DNA of 64,000 bases from Setoptus koraiensis (lineage: Eukaryota; Animalia; Arthropoda): positions 11,718,001 through 11,782,000 of the forward strand of contig CM106585.1 in assembly GCA_048013815.1 (NCBI GenBank), given 5' to 3'. Of the stretch, positions 48,580 through 64,000 are shown in pieces. Made by a program: the position numbers and the translations under genes. The notes under the pieces are model-generated. The model had not been told where the DNA came from. It saw only the letters and a list, made by a program, of their open reading frames with translations, and made no database searches. The first letter of the stretch is position 1; each line of letters begins with the position of its first letter.

Positions 48580-48936
48580 TTACAAATCTATTTTTATTTT
48601 CTCTAGTTTTGATACATCTTCCTCATAAAGAAGACCTAAAGAGCGCCGCCCCGTTAGGGGATCGATGTAATTACCGTAACTATATACTACCCTCTCCACG
48701 AGGTGATTGACATCTACATCTATTGGTTCCTCGGTCTGGCGTAACAAGACCCAATCGCCTGGTTTACATACTTGTTTTTCATCATAGGCTTGAATATTGA
48801 TTGATTTGCGTACAAACATTTTGTGGTAATCATCGAAAACATGCTGCGGCACGCCGGCCTTGATCACTTTGTTGTAGCCTCCGTGGCCACATCTGGCCAT
48901 GATAAGATTGCCGAGCTTCTTTACTATGATGGTCAT
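48580..48936 (-). CDS. mRpS17: Mitochondrial ribosomal protein S17 (uS17m), 118 aa
   Basis: AYDEKQVCKPGDWVLLR...HLVERVVYSYGNYIDPLTGRR matches the MRPS17 pattern (AHDP..CKxGDxVLI..H.VE.VVY..G...DPLTGKK). Confidence 0.88.
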   Translation of the reverse strand: MTIIVKKLGNLIMARCGHGGYNKVIKAGVPQHVFDDYHKMFVRKSINIQAYDEKQVCKPGDWVLLRQTEEPIDVDVNHLVERVVYSYGNYIDPLTGRRSLGLLYEEDVSKLEKIKIDL

Positions 48937-49390
48937 GTTTGCTTAGATTAAATTATTACCTCATAAGCATTGTCACTTATTATTGTTTTATTGAAAAGTT
49001 TGAAATGATACTCAGCGGCCTCAAATAAAGCATAAGGCCCTCAGCTGTTTTGTGTAAAACACACAATTCGCAAACGCACATGTGCAGATAGATTTATTCG
49101 TGGATAGCGTTGTAATCCATGATTTTTGCTGATTGCGAGTATTTAGGTGGACTTACTTCAAAGGTCAAACAGATAACCACAGAAAAAATATTTTTTACCC
49201 TGACAATATCTTGAAAATCACATTCAATGTTTATTTCTTTGGAAAAACTTTCCTCATTCACAATGTAAAGACGAGCTTGGAACAGATAATCTGTCTCGAC
49301 AGATTCCATTTGCACATGTGGAGGGTGCACTGAGTAGTGATCAAACCATGTCATATATACATATATATACACTTGTAATATAGACCATTG

Positions 49391-50443
49391 TTAAAGTTTG
49401 ACCACATTGCCTGTGATTCGGCTAAGAATGGCGGGTATTTTATCGTCTGAAAGTGACTTGCTCCATTTTGACTCTAAAAGTTCCTCAGCTAATTTGTTGA
49501 CATTTTCTTCGTGCAGTTTCACGGGGTCAAAATACGCCATCAAAACAACTAGATGTTGACTCAATATTTTCACATCTGGATCAATTTGCATCAAGGCCAA
49601 AGCAGCATCGCCTGACATTGATTCTATATTATCAACCAGAATGGACGGAAATGTCTGGTCGACTAGAGCAGAGTACATTGACTCGTTAAATTGCTTGTAT
49701 CCTTTCATGGAACCGTCTATGATGGCAAAATCTAAGTCTGTGCCAGCATTACCTAGGCCATTTAACGTGTTGACAATTTCTCGTCCAAGACAATAGGCAG
49801 TATCAGTGAATTTTGTGCACTTCGTGTCTCTACTTTTGCCCAACAGCAATAGTACGGCAACTTCTTTCGACATGGAATCGACAGCCGACGTTATAATTGC
49901 TTTGTCTTTTCGAGACATGCCCTCTATATGTTGTAGCTTCTTTTCTATGACCTCACTATAGTCCAATTTCTGATTATTCTTGTCTGGCTTGGAAGCACTT
50001 AAAATGTGATAAAAAAGAAAGCAGGATAACAAACCTAGGACTGAGCAAATTGTGAGCAGCTTGACAGGATTGCCCAACGAAGCATCTCGACGTTCTGGTA
50101 ATGATCTGACTGACTCATTCAAACTACGATCCGTTGTTTGACTATCCTCGGGAAAAAAATCTAATAAATCAAAAAAAATCCATAAATATGATTCATAATA
50201 GTATAAATCGGCCAGTTTGATTATGTTGTGACACTTGGTTAGTTTGTCAATTTCGCTTTTGTAATCATGCAATCCCTCTTTATTTTCTAATTCGCACTTC
50301 TTGGCAATGGCCAACGTGCCTGTTTCACGGTTCCTCACCTGACAAATGGTGATTGTTGGGCCATGGGGCAATGCTGTCACGATTTCCCATGATGACATTG
50401 GATCGATGTCAAATTTGATATTATGATGATATCTCAGGCCCAT
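49391..50443 (-). CDS. Chimeric protein: degenerate Slik kinase N-lobe + TM helix + LAP1/LULL1 (TOR1AIP/Torip)-type luminal torsin-activator domain, 350 aa
   Basis: Residues 3-89 align with the N-terminus of the adjacent Slik ORF (about 43 of 89 identical by hand). TM helix LLTICSVLGLLSCFLFYHIL. Then VAVLLLLG, AYCLGREI, AIIDGS, ILVDNIES and terminal DDKIPAILSRITGNVVKL, like recalled LAP1 PAVLLL, RCLSEQI, IRIDG, VVHRFES and DPDKLNGLWSRISHLVLPV. Confidence 0.75.
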   Translation of the reverse strand: MGLRYHHNIKFDIDPMSSWEIVTALPHGPTITICQVRNRETGTLAIAKKCELENKEGLHDYKSEIDKLTKCHNIIKLADLYYYESYLWIFFDLLDFFPEDSQTTDRSLNESVRSLPERRDASLGNPVKLLTICSVLGLLSCFLFYHILSASKPDKNNQKLDYSEVIEKKLQHIEGMSRKDKAIITSAVDSMSKEVAVLLLLGKSRDTKCTKFTDTAYCLGREIVNTLNGLGNAGTDLDFAIIDGSMKGYKQFNESMYSALVDQTFPSILVDNIESMSGDAALALMQIDPDVKILSQHLVVLMAYFDPVKLHEENVNKLAEELLESKWSKSLSDDKIPAILSRITGNVVKL

Positions 50444-51147
50444 TTTGAACGTTTGGTGAGTCTTCTCAACAATGGGAGAAATGTTTGTGCTGAAACAAAA
50501 ATTTCTAAGCTGGTAAGTTGGTTGATATAAATCATCATGTTTTAAACAATATATCGGCTGGACAGGTCCGGCTTATTCTTGCGATCTGGTACCACACGCC
50601 AGGACAGCTGAGGGGTTGAATAACATAAACACATGAGTACAGCCTGCTGATAAAACACAGTCACAAAGAGCTGGTGCAACATGCGCAAGATCCCGGCCAA
50701 AGTCGAGTGGAGTGCGAGAACACTCCGTTCACATCGGAACGACGCCTCTTTTTATGCTCTCTCAGCAACTTCTCCCGAAAAACATCATTCACTAGATAAT
50801 CTTTTGAACCGTGATAATGCTAAATCTCGACCAGCAAGAACTCCGTTAGTTAAGCCTGAATGTTCCAAGTTTTATGTATACATAGAATATTCAGATAGTG
50901 TAGATTAATGATGGTCATGGCCGCGCCAATAACTCTACGACTCAGAAATTGGGCAGGCGATTTCAGTTCTGTCATTTTGTTACAATTAGTATCATGGAAA
51001 TACATACAGCAAGTGTGATTTTTTTAAGGAACTGTTAATACCAGATATGACAAGTCATCGAGTGCGACTATGAACTACATGCTTCCCTAGTAGCCGGTCA
51101 ACAGGCAGTAGTCTAATGTTAGCTTCAATATTATACATATAACTTTA

Positions 51148-53907
<2,760 letters not shown>

Positions 53908-54985
53908 CTAGTGCAATTTCTTGTGGCGTGTGGCGTGTGTGTGTGTCTGCAACAACCGCAATGAATGAAAATAGCGACGAATGAATAATGGCGATAATGA
54001 AAATAATAATACGAATAATAATGGCGATGAATTTCGGTCGATGCTGCTGAGGCCGGCGGACAAACGGAGTGGCTGTTTCTAGAGGTTGGTTAGTGCGGCG
54101 CTTGCGTTATTACTCGGGCGGCGGCGTAATAACAGAAGCAATAATAGCAGTCACTTTGCGATTGGGCCAAATGCATGATGGTGCCACAACATGAACGACG
54201 GTGATAATAACAACGACGACGACGATAATAATACACTAGCCAGCGGTAATATATTCAATATTTAATAATAATAATAACGATACGAATGTAGCGGTTGCCT
54301 GGATATTTATTGTAGCTTGTTTGCTCGCTCGCTTGTTTGTTTGCCTGTTTGCTACCCGATTGCTGGCTGTTGCTGTTGGGCTGTCTCACTGGCCACTGGC
54401 TGTTAATTGTGAAACACACACACACACACACACACGCACACACAAACACAGCAACAGGTGGCGCCCACTGGCGGCCAGTCCGCGCGGCCGACATGACACA
54501 GGCTTGCTGTGAGTGTGTGTGTGTGTGTGTTGAACACATCAACAAAGGACACACACACACACACACACGTCGCTTGCGAGTTGCAACTTGCAAGAGCGAC
54601 TCTGGCCGCCAGAGTCGCGCAGTGTGAGCTGGCACAGAACACACCTTTTGCCAGCCTCGAATTAGCGTGTGTGTGTGGTGATGGTTATAATGCAATATTA
54701 CACACACACTGTGTAGCGCCACCAATTTGCGCAGCGCAATCAACTGTGCGCCTCGTTTCGGCGCACGCGCGCGCGCTCACCTGTGCAACTCAGGAAGCAA
54801 CAAGTGCGCGCACTTGTTCCAATTCGAGCCGCCTCTACCAAGCACTAGCGCACAGTATTACGCTTAGCTTGTATTGCGTAACGCTGCCACTGCCACTGCT
54901 GCTGACCAGTGGCTGCGGCCAGGTGATTGGGATCATCACGTAGACCCGGGATGAGTCACAGCGCTGTTGTTGTTGCTGTTGTTGT

Positions 54986-55009
54986 TGTTGGCCAGCGCGC
55001 TGGCCAACA
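54986..55009. repeat. Perfect 24-bp palindrome TGTTGGCCAGCGCGCTGGCCAACA, extendable with G-U pairs into flanking GTT/AAC tracts
   Basis: Read directly. Confidence 0.93.
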
Positions 55010-58000
55010 GCAACAGCGGCCGAGCCAGCAACGGCAACAGCGACAACGACAGGGCAACGGCAACAGTGCAGCAGCGACGGGCAACAGAGCAACAGCGACG
55101 GGCAACAGCGACGGGCAACAGGTAGCTCCAGTGGACGGTAGTGATTATTGCGACGTCACTGGTCAGCGTCTCGGCGTCTCGCTCGCATGGGCGGCCGGCA
55201 CCTAATGCCACCATAACCTAATGCTGCCACCATTAATGCTGCCGCTAGTGATGCGGCCACTAGTGGTGCTGCCATCACTAATTGTTGAGCCAGCCAGCGC
55301 CTTGGCCGCTTTTCGGGCGCACAGGTGAGCCGTTTCCGAGCCTGTCGCTGCGGCTTCTGGGCCGCTCTTGTGTGTCGGCCAGCGCCAATCGGCTCGCCGG
55401 CGGCCGCCGGGTAGGGCCCCGGGCAACAGGTGCCGCCGTGCCGGCCACGCTGGCCGTGAGCGGCGAGGCCGGCCGCTCGGGCTCGTCGATCATGAGCGCC
55501 GATCGTGTTCCTTGGGCGATCGCACGACTGACGCGGCCAGACCGACCGACTGGCGCACAGTGAAAGTGATTCGGCCGGCCGATCGCTTGACGGCCAACCA
55601 CTGTTCGCATTTCATTCGTATGCGATTCGACTGTGATTTGTGTGTGATTCGTGTGTGATTCGTATGAGATCGTTTCGAAGATGAATGGCATGCGGTTTGT
55701 TGGCATTTTTAGATGCGCACCGACGATAATCACGCCAACTGACCGGCCAACTAACTCAATGGCCGGCCGACCAGCTAGCCTGCCGACGGTGATGCGAGAG
55801 CCAAGAATTCTGGTCTCCCCAAATAAGAGCGACTCGACCAGAGGAATATCGAATATTTATGTTCGAATCCATGAGTTCGAATCTATGTGTTCGAATATAA
55901 ATATTCGAATATATGTATTGGCGAGTGGGCCAGCGGCAGCATCGGCGCCGGCCGCAATCGGACAACATGTGAACAGCGACCGACTGTCACTCGAGACGGG
56001 CCAAATCTGGCCTGTCTGGAATCGTTGCATTAATCGCTCTGAATGGTTACGCAAAAGACAGCGAGCGAGACAGACAGAGCGAGAGAGGTTAACAAGGTGA
56101 TAGCGTCGTTCACATGGTCTCGCCAGATTTTGGCACTTGTTTCTTCTTCTGCTGGCCGCGATGTGTGATTGCAAGCTTCACTTTCTCGTCGTCTTGTCCG
56201 ACAAATATAACAGTCTATTTTTTATTGCCTGCCATCGCCACTTCCTAGCCTCTGCCGGCCAGCGGACAGTGCCGAAGACTCTTGTGGCCGCTCGATACAG
56301 AGACAGAGCGAGTGAGAGAAAGCGCATAACGACCAGTTTAATTTTTTGCGCTGCCCATCAAGCCCGCCATTAAGTACCAAGAGCGATCTAGATTTGTAAT
56401 GATGCAACGCACTCGCTATCAAGTGGGCGCCTTTTTTGGTCAATCAACAGCCATTATGAACTATCGCATATTGAGTTGGTTGGAAACGTTGGCATAACAA
56501 GTTTGCGAATCGCTGCTGCTGCTGCTGCAAGTGCTGCCAGCTACAGCTACCGCTGGCGCTGATCTAGTTCTGGCAACTAATGATCAATCAATAAGTTTTC
56601 CAAGTTGTAATCGCCGCTTACATAACACGCAATTACGAGCCAGCCAGCGATTACGGCAGCCGATAGCACTTACTTGGTGTGTGCCGACCAAATGCAACCC
56701 CATTCGTGTCTCTCTCTCTCTCTCGACAATATTCCAACAATATTCTTACAATATTGATGGCCAGCGTGTTGCGCACAACTGATAGATTAATTACACGACT
56801 ACGACAGCTTGCTACGGGCGACACAATTAATTAATTTATCCGTTTTGCTTCTCGTTGTTCACGCTCGCTGAATCTCATCAATTATATCGCGCATCGATAA
56901 TTGGCCCTCTCTCTCTCTCTCTCTCTCATATCCGATGGCTGTGTGTTGCGGGCCGTCACGAGACGGCGTCACACGGCTGGACGGATTAATCAACCTTTGG
57001 CCCGTCACAACAACACCGGCCGGCCCGGTCCGGTTGGCGGGCCTTCTGGGTCAGTTCACTGTCGACACTGAACGGGCGCACTCAAGATGCTCTAGATTAC
57101 GGGATTGCGACACACTCAATGAGAAACGTCAATTGCTTTTTGGTGCGTCGCCACTGACAGCGGCACTCGGCCGCGAGCTAACTGCAACTGGCCTCGGTGC
57201 CGGTCAGCCCGTCATGACAGCGCTGCGGCCCGTCATGACGGGGTTGCGGCCCGTCATGGCACGCTGTCGCGGCCCGCCAAAGCCCGCCCTAGTCCGCCGT
57301 TGTAACCCGTTACAGCCCGAAGCCGCCATCGAGGGCTGATAGATGGCGGAGCCGGCGGTAATTCAAGCCGCGATGATTGGTGTCGCCAATTGCATAAGCG
57401 CGCCGTTGCTCGCCCAATCCAGTTGGCAGCCAGCTCGAGCTAATTTGTTGCCCGGTGCTCGCTGCGGCTGTCATTGGCGCTCATTAGCAGCGCTCATTAT
57501 TGATCATTATGATACCATCACTTACCGGCTTGCTGACAACATGCGGCGCTAATTGAAGCGGCGGCAATATCGACAATCGGCGATACACGACAATTTGCAC
57601 TGATAAGCGCACCTTGATGCGATACTTTGTTGCGCCATTAGCAAAACGGTTGCGCAACAAGCCATCACATGAATCGTTAGCAAGCCATCACACGAATCGC
57701 TTAGCAAGCCATCACTTGAATCGCTCACAATGTAAAGGCGTCTGGCGTTGGCTGGCAAGCAAGCTCGACAGTGACAAACAAACAGCGACTCGGCTCGCAG
57801 CGACGATTAGATTAATCGAGTTTATTAATCGAGTCGAGTCTCTGGCAGATCCCATTCGCGATTGTGCGCTGGCGATTAGCGTCGCGCAATGTCTCGCCAA
57901 TGACAGCTTGTCGTCAAGATCAACTTGTTGTTGTTCACCTGTCTCGCCTGATTGCGACCGGCTCGCTGGCAACTCGCTACCGGCTGACAATTTCAGCTCG

Positions 58001-58746
58001 ATGTCAATTTCAGCGCGATGTCAATTTCAGCGCGATGACAATTTCAACCTGATCCGCTTGACACTACGCGGCCCATTCACCTGGTGGCCGGTGGCGCAGA
58101 CAGCGTACCGAGTGTATAGGGCGACCGACAGGCGATATTCACGCACTATCCACGGACCATGCACGAACTATCCGCGGACTATCCGCGGACTATCCGCCGG
58201 CTATCCGCGCACTATGCGCGCACTATTCGCGACCGTGGTCGCGCCAAGCGGGCCGCCAAACTGGAGCACGAGCGCCATCTCGAGTGGGCCAATCCAAGCG
58301 GAGCGCCTATAATTGCGCGCTCGCTTCAATTGACCGTAAATTACGCAATGAAGACGTCGGACGTCGGATTATGCTTATTAGCGCTCTGGTGGAGTGATTG
58401 CGTCACGACCGACACTGTTGCTGCTGTGGCCCGGTTATTTCGTTGCCGTTGTTGCCGGTTGTTGGCGGTTGTTGCCAGTTGTTGGCGTTGTTGGCGGTTG
58501 TTGCCAGTTGTTGGCGGTTGTTGGCGGTTGTTGCCGGTTGTTGGCGGTTGTTGCAGTGCGAGGCGCCTCTAACGAGCGTGCGACTGTCATGACGAGCAGA
58601 TTGCGGCATGCTGCCGCTATCTGCCCATCACCGTCCAAGACCAACCGATTACCGAGAGCGATGATTAATAACTGTCATGCGTTGCGCAACCATGAATAGC
58701 CAGCAGGCCAACAACAACAACAGCAACAACAACAGCAACAACAACA

Positions 58747-58777
<31 letters not shown>

Positions 58778-59461
58778 TGATGGCAACAACAGCAACAACA
58801 CCAACGACGGCAACGACAGCCCGACCAGAATCGCTGACGCAACAAGCGAGCGTGTATCACGAGTTGTGTCAGACAACAAGACAACTTGTTTACTTATTTA
58901 ATCATCATTTAGCATCGTCATGACCGCAAACGCTGGCTGCGTTTGCGGTGCTCACGCCAGCGCGATTGACCACTGATCGCCGGTCGTGCTCGGCAGCAGC
59001 GCCGGCCAAAACAAACAATGACCACCATTTATCAGCGCCACCAATGCGCCGATGGAGATGTTACAACTTGCAACAACTTGTTGTTGCTGCTGCCGTCGTT
59101 GCTGTCGTTGTTGTTGCTGCTGCTGTCGTTGTTGTTGCTGTTGTTGTCGTTGCCGCTGCGGCCAGATGAGCCAATATTATACATATTTTGCAATTTACGC
59201 AACTGGCGCGTTGGCAGCCCCGGCCGAATAGCGGCCACGGCGGCAGCTCACGCGGCGCTGCAACAAATTAATCAATGATTGCGCTCGCAGATAAGGAGCC
59301 ACCATCATGAGCCCGCCAGTGACACGCTCACTTACCTGTTACCGGCTCTCTGGCCACTGGTCACTTGGTACTGGTGCCTGTAACAAGTGCCCGTTTCTCG
59401 CTCCAGTTCATTCACTCTGTTGCGCTTGCCCGTCGGCCGACTGTGCGCCCACAACTTCTTT

Positions 59462-59525
59462 GTTCACCCGGCCCGTTCACCCGGCCCGTTCACCCGGCCC
59501 GTTCACCCGGCCCGTTCACCGGCCC
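59462..59525. repeat. 13-bp tandem repeat (GTTCACCCGGCCC), 5 copies
   Basis: Read directly. Confidence 0.95.
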
Positions 59526-60258
59526 GCTCGCTCTTCCGGCCCGCTCGTCCGCCGCTCATCCGGCCGCCTCGTTCACCCGGACGGTGGCCCGACGGCATGC
59601 CTGTCGGTGGCAGCGCGTCGCTGTGTCGCTCGCGGGGCGCCCGCTGCGGCTCGCTGTCGCTCGGCGCGACACGCCTGACACTATCAGGCCGCTGGGGCCG
59701 TATCGCACCAGCCAGGCGATTGTTGTTGCTGCCGGTTGTCGCCGGTTGTTGCTGGTTGTTGCCGGTTGTTGCCGTGCGAGACACCGTGCGCCACAGAGGC
59801 GCGTCGACGGCGCGCAGGCACCAAAAGTGAAATGGCATCAAAACGGCGCTGCCACATTGATGCGACGATATAAATAGTGTTAGTAAATAGTGTGTAACAT
59901 CATAATTAAATTCATATATTCATCAGTGAATGATGCTGATTATACGCTGCACGCTGTTTGTTTGCCTCTGGTGGCCGTGTTGTGTCGCTACAATTGGTGC
60001 ACGGTGCACGGTGCACGGTTCACGGTGACGGTGCCAGCGCCAGTGTGACACAAATGTGACAGACGCACCCGATCGATCATCGGGCCCAACGAGCGACATA
60101 ATCATGCCGATCGTATGTTGTTGTTGTTGTTGTTGCTGCTGCTGTTGTCGTCGTATCCGTGTAATTGAATCGAGTCCGTTTGTCGGGGCTGCCGCCCGGT
60201 CTGGCTGCCCGTCACGCCCACGGTCTGCGTCCGGGCGGCAGCCGGGCCGCCAGTACAA

Positions 60259-60335
60259 GCTACAAACATTGCAGTTCGGCTACAAACTTCGCAGTTCGGC
60301 TACAAACTTCGCAGTTCGGCTACAAACTTCGCAGT
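60259..60335. repeat. 20-bp tandem repeat (GCTACAAACTTCGCAGTTCG), about 4 copies
   Basis: Read directly. Confidence 0.95.
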
Positions 60336-61857
60336 GGCCGCTCGGCGTGTCCGGCGGGGCGCAATTGCAATCAGCGCGGCGACCATTCAATTGTCGTTGG
60401 CCGACTCTTTGCGGGACTGGCCGTTGCGACACTGGCCGTTGCTAAATAAACCGGCGTGTGTGAATACCGGCGCAATACGTGGCGTCATCCATCAAATGGG
60501 CACGTTCGCGGGAACGGGCGTCCGTGTGCGATATGCGCCGCTCGTCATTAAATGATCAATCAAACATATCGTGGCCAGTGGCAAGTTTTGAGCAAAACTG
60601 GCTGCCGCCGGCGCGGATAAAACTGGCGACTTTTATCCGCGCGTCAGTGTATATACAAAGTGTACATATAAAGTGCACATAAATGATGAGCCAGCAGCGA
60701 GACGAGATGTCTCTATCAATTGTTGATATCGCGCCAGTCGACAGTCTCGAGTCACCGGTTGAGGCCAGTTGTTGCCAGTTGCCAGTTGACTCAACTGAGT
60801 TGAGGCCCCAACCAGCACACAGACAGACAATTTTGCCAGTCAAAGTTGCGTGCGTTAATAGAGGGGGCGCTGTCACACACAATTATGATAATAATTTTCA
60901 TTTCCACTGCAACGCCAAAATACCCGATTACCATAGACAGCGCACATTATGGCACATTATGGCACATTATATAACCAATTTGGTGGCGCGCTTTGATTGA
61001 TATGCTGCCTCCATTTATCAATTCAAACGCACATTCGAACACTCTTACATGCGAATCGACACTCGCGCGCCCCCTATAAAGCGATTCCCGCCAACTGAGC
61101 GGCCGATACCTCCGCGCTGAGAGGCGCTCAGTTATGAGCTCAGGTATGAGCGATGCCCGTGAACGGGCCCCTCGGGCTCGGTCGCCAGTTGCGCAATATA
61201 GGCTCGTCGCGGGCCCGATCATTGGGCCGCCGGCGAGGGGCCCGCGCCAGCGGGCTGAACCAGCGATAGGTGAGCCAGCGATAGGTGAGCCAGCAATAGA
61301 TGGCCACCTATAGAGGCGCTCTCGCCGGTTGCAAGCGGGCAACCTAATTTAGATTCATTCAAAACGGAGCCCCCCGTCACAGCGTTCGACGGTGCGCTCA
61401 TATACGGCCATTTGTGTGTGTGTGTGTGTGTGTGTGTGCCCCCTATCGACCAGTCGCCGTCTGCCCGAGCGACGCATAAGCGGCCGCCGACAGGCGCCGT
61501 GCGGCCCGACCATATAGGCGCCGAACAGCACGACAACGAGCGGCCAAAAGTCGCCCGATCCGTCCGTCGGGCCGGCTGTTTTCGCTCTTGTTAGAGTTGG
61601 TGTGCAGTTTTGCAGTTGGTGTGCAGTTTTGCAGTGTTGTCAGTGGCGGTGGACGCGACAAAATTTGTGAATTTGGTGGCACTTTGCCACTGAATCAAGT
61701 CGCCACTCACATGGTGCTGTGCGAGTTCTTTTCGAGCATCACATAATCGATCGGTCAGGGTCTCTCTGTCTCTTTGCACCACAGTCACACGATTGCCGAT
61801 AACAGCCCGAGCCACTCAGGTGACTGAAACCATCCAAAGAGAATTCGCAATTCGGCT

Positions 61858-61891
61858 CGAAATATCCGTTTCGCAGGAAACGGATATTTCG
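61858..61891. repeat. Perfect 15-bp stem hairpin with GCAG loop (CGAAATATCCGTTTC-gcag-GAAACGGATATTTCG)
   Basis: Arms are exact reverse complements. Confidence 0.95.
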
Positions 61892-62749
61892 GACAAAACT
61901 GCGCTTCACTATCAGCTGTCTAGACACAATGACGACAGCCGTGTGACGGTCCCTCTGGACCGTCTAGACACAATCCATTTTCTGATTGGTTGGTTGCATC
62001 GATATTGCAGCCGAATGGCTCGCACTTGTCGGCAATGGGCCCGTGATTTGTGTCACCAGACAGCGCACATCACAAGTTCATTGGGTCACACTTTCGATAT
62101 ATCGTTATTAACTTGGACGAACACACGATATATATTATCGATATTATCAACAAGGGACATATTGGGCATCTGTCTAGATCTTCTGCCAGTGACACTCGGA
62201 ATTGCACTCCAAATCAGAGCTGACCAGTCTCGTTATCTCATAAATGATGAAACTTGCATGATTTTGCCAAAATTGAAGCCTATAGATGACGGGCCTCGCC
62301 GGCCCCATCAGCCACATTGTGACCATTATCGTATGCGATTATCGCATTGCAAAGTAGAATAATCAAATTTCTCAGGCAGTGCAGCTCTATGCAAGTGGGG
62401 CTCGGATCAATAAAAGGGCTGCTGTGATCAATAAAAGTAGCGCCAGATCCGGGTCGTTTGGTGCCTCAGTCGAAATATTTGCTATCTAGCGTTGCGGGTT
62501 CATTATTAGTTTATTATTATTACGACGGGACAATTTTTTTGCACATGGAATTATTTCTCTGCTATTCTGAGTGAACAGCCGAGAGAAAAGATCCGATTTC
62601 CTGTCGAGAAAGCGTCTCCTGCCGGGCGAGCACAATGACAATGTATGAGATGTATACAATGAGAAGACAAAAGAAAAACACAAAAAAAAAGAGAAAAATA
62701 CCAGGAAAAACACACAAGAATACCAGGCAAAACACACAAAAATATCAGG

Positions 62750-62965
62750 CTAGATGCATTTGGAGATTTTTCGTCGGATCGGTTGTTTATTCATAGTCGG
62801 TTCTTTATTCATAGTTGTTTTTGATACTTGTTGACTACGACTCTCGCTCGGTATTTTTCTTGTTGCCTCACGTTGGCCAGTCACTCCTTTGTCGATCACT
62901 GTTTTGTGTCGACTGTCGCAACTTTTGGGGCCCTCGTGTTTGGGGCCCCGAGACAATGAGGCCCA
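62750..62965 (-). CDS. Possible terminal coding exon of a gene lying beyond the window end
   Basis: Acceptor-like CTCCCAATTCAG followed by an open frame (WASLSRGPKHEG...KISKCI*) and a T-rich UTR-like tract. No homology recognised. Confidence 0.2.
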   Translation of the reverse strand, partial: WASLSRGPKHEGPKSCDSRHKTVIDKGVTGQREATRKIPSESRSQQVSKTTMNKEPTMNKQPIRRKISKCI

Positions 62966-64000
62966 CTGAATTGGGAGCTATGTTGCCTAATTAAGCCGTG
63001 CTCAACAACAGGCCGCGTTGCGTCCGCTGTTGTGCGCCGGTGCGAGCCAACGAAGATGAAATGGCATTAATTAATTAAGTGGCACTAGGTGGCACCTAAT
63101 TAATTAATGCCGATGAACGACTGCGGATGACATTGCTCGCGAGTGATTTGAGTTGCGCCAGTGGCCTATGTTTGGCGCAAACAGTTAGATTGGTTAGATT
63201 GTCGGTTGATGGACGGGCCTATATTGTTTACTTGGGCTTGTACTCGCAGTTGTCTATTTATAAATCAATCGCGATTTGCGACTGTTTATTGATGCCACTC
63301 AATCAATCAATTAATCAATTGTTGCTGATCGCGTCGCTGCGCATCCAACAGCCAACGTGCCAGCCAGATCGATATCGAGCTGCATATCAGGCCCGATATG
63401 CCGACGCTGCCATGCAATATATACCGAGGCTGTGCCGTATAATGCACATTGGGGCCACTCACTGTGCAATGAATATCGCCGGCGAGCGCACCAGCCACTC
63501 GACCAAATGAACGAGCTGACCGAAGCGGCCAAAGTGGCCAGAGCGGCCAAAGTGGCCAGAGAATAATTAGAATTAGATGGCCAGCATCTCGCCGACGAGT
63601 TGGCGCTGCAGTGGTGCGTCTTAATTAGCTGCGTGTCCACTTAATTTCAATCAAACGGTCGGCCTATATACGGCCGACAGGTGAATGATATATCTGGTGG
63701 CATAAGTGGCATTTTACAACCAGCCAACAAGCTTGCATTTTACCTGCATCGGCCGGCCATTCTCTAGCAGTAGTTGCATAGTGCCACATCTCTATATAGG
63801 CCTGGCTAGCTCGAGCTTGGCGCCAGCTCACCTGTGCCGCTGTTACGCCAGTGCGCCACTACGATATCGAGCGATTGAGCCACTACGATATCGAGCGATT
63901 AAGCTATTACGCAACAGCGTAGTTGCGTAATAGCGAGCCACCGATCGAGTGTGCGTACCTGTCGATGGCTTACGTAACCCATTTGGCTTGCTTGTCGGTG

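Noticed and set aside
49695-49710. GTATCCTT, a U12-type 5' splice-site-like sequence
   Set aside because: Lies antisense within a coding exon with no matching U12 branch site; coincidental.
50461-50908. Plus-strand ATG-GTAAGT mini-exon (50473-50514) and ORF 50681-50908
   Set aside because: No splice combination gives a recognisable protein; likely promoter/UTR of the chimeric gene.
57614-58312. 232-aa ORF, and 189-aa ORF at 61793-62362
   Set aside because: Built largely from local tandem repeats or hairpins, with no domain or splice support.

Overview
Eukaryotic (arthropod, most likely acariform mite-like; inferred from intron-poor, streamlined genes and a chelicerate-type secreted protein) genomic DNA. 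No CRISPR, rRNA, tRNA or intact transposon was found. The window has two compact, AT-richer clusters of mostly intronless housekeeping genes. The first (0.3-11.6 kb) holds Tak1, an SLC17 transporter, an LsmAD-only ataxin-2-like gene, Rrp45/EXOSC9 and an orphan coiled-coil gene. The second (44-54 kb) holds a miniature Nup358/RanBP2, an HMG-less SSRP1, mRpS17, a chimeric gene and Slik. Between and after them lie GC-richer, microsatellite-, tandem-duplication- and palindrome-rich domains. The central one carries a 6-exon ~2050-aa CBARP/BARP-like membrane protein, an intronless G-alpha-o, a secreted Cys-rich protein and a 4-exon Mmp1. The top find is 49391-50443: a diverged copy of the neighbouring Slik kinase N-lobe fused in frame to a transmembrane helix and a LAP1/LULL1-type torsin-activator domain. 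All homology calls are from motif recognition by eye, not from database searches.
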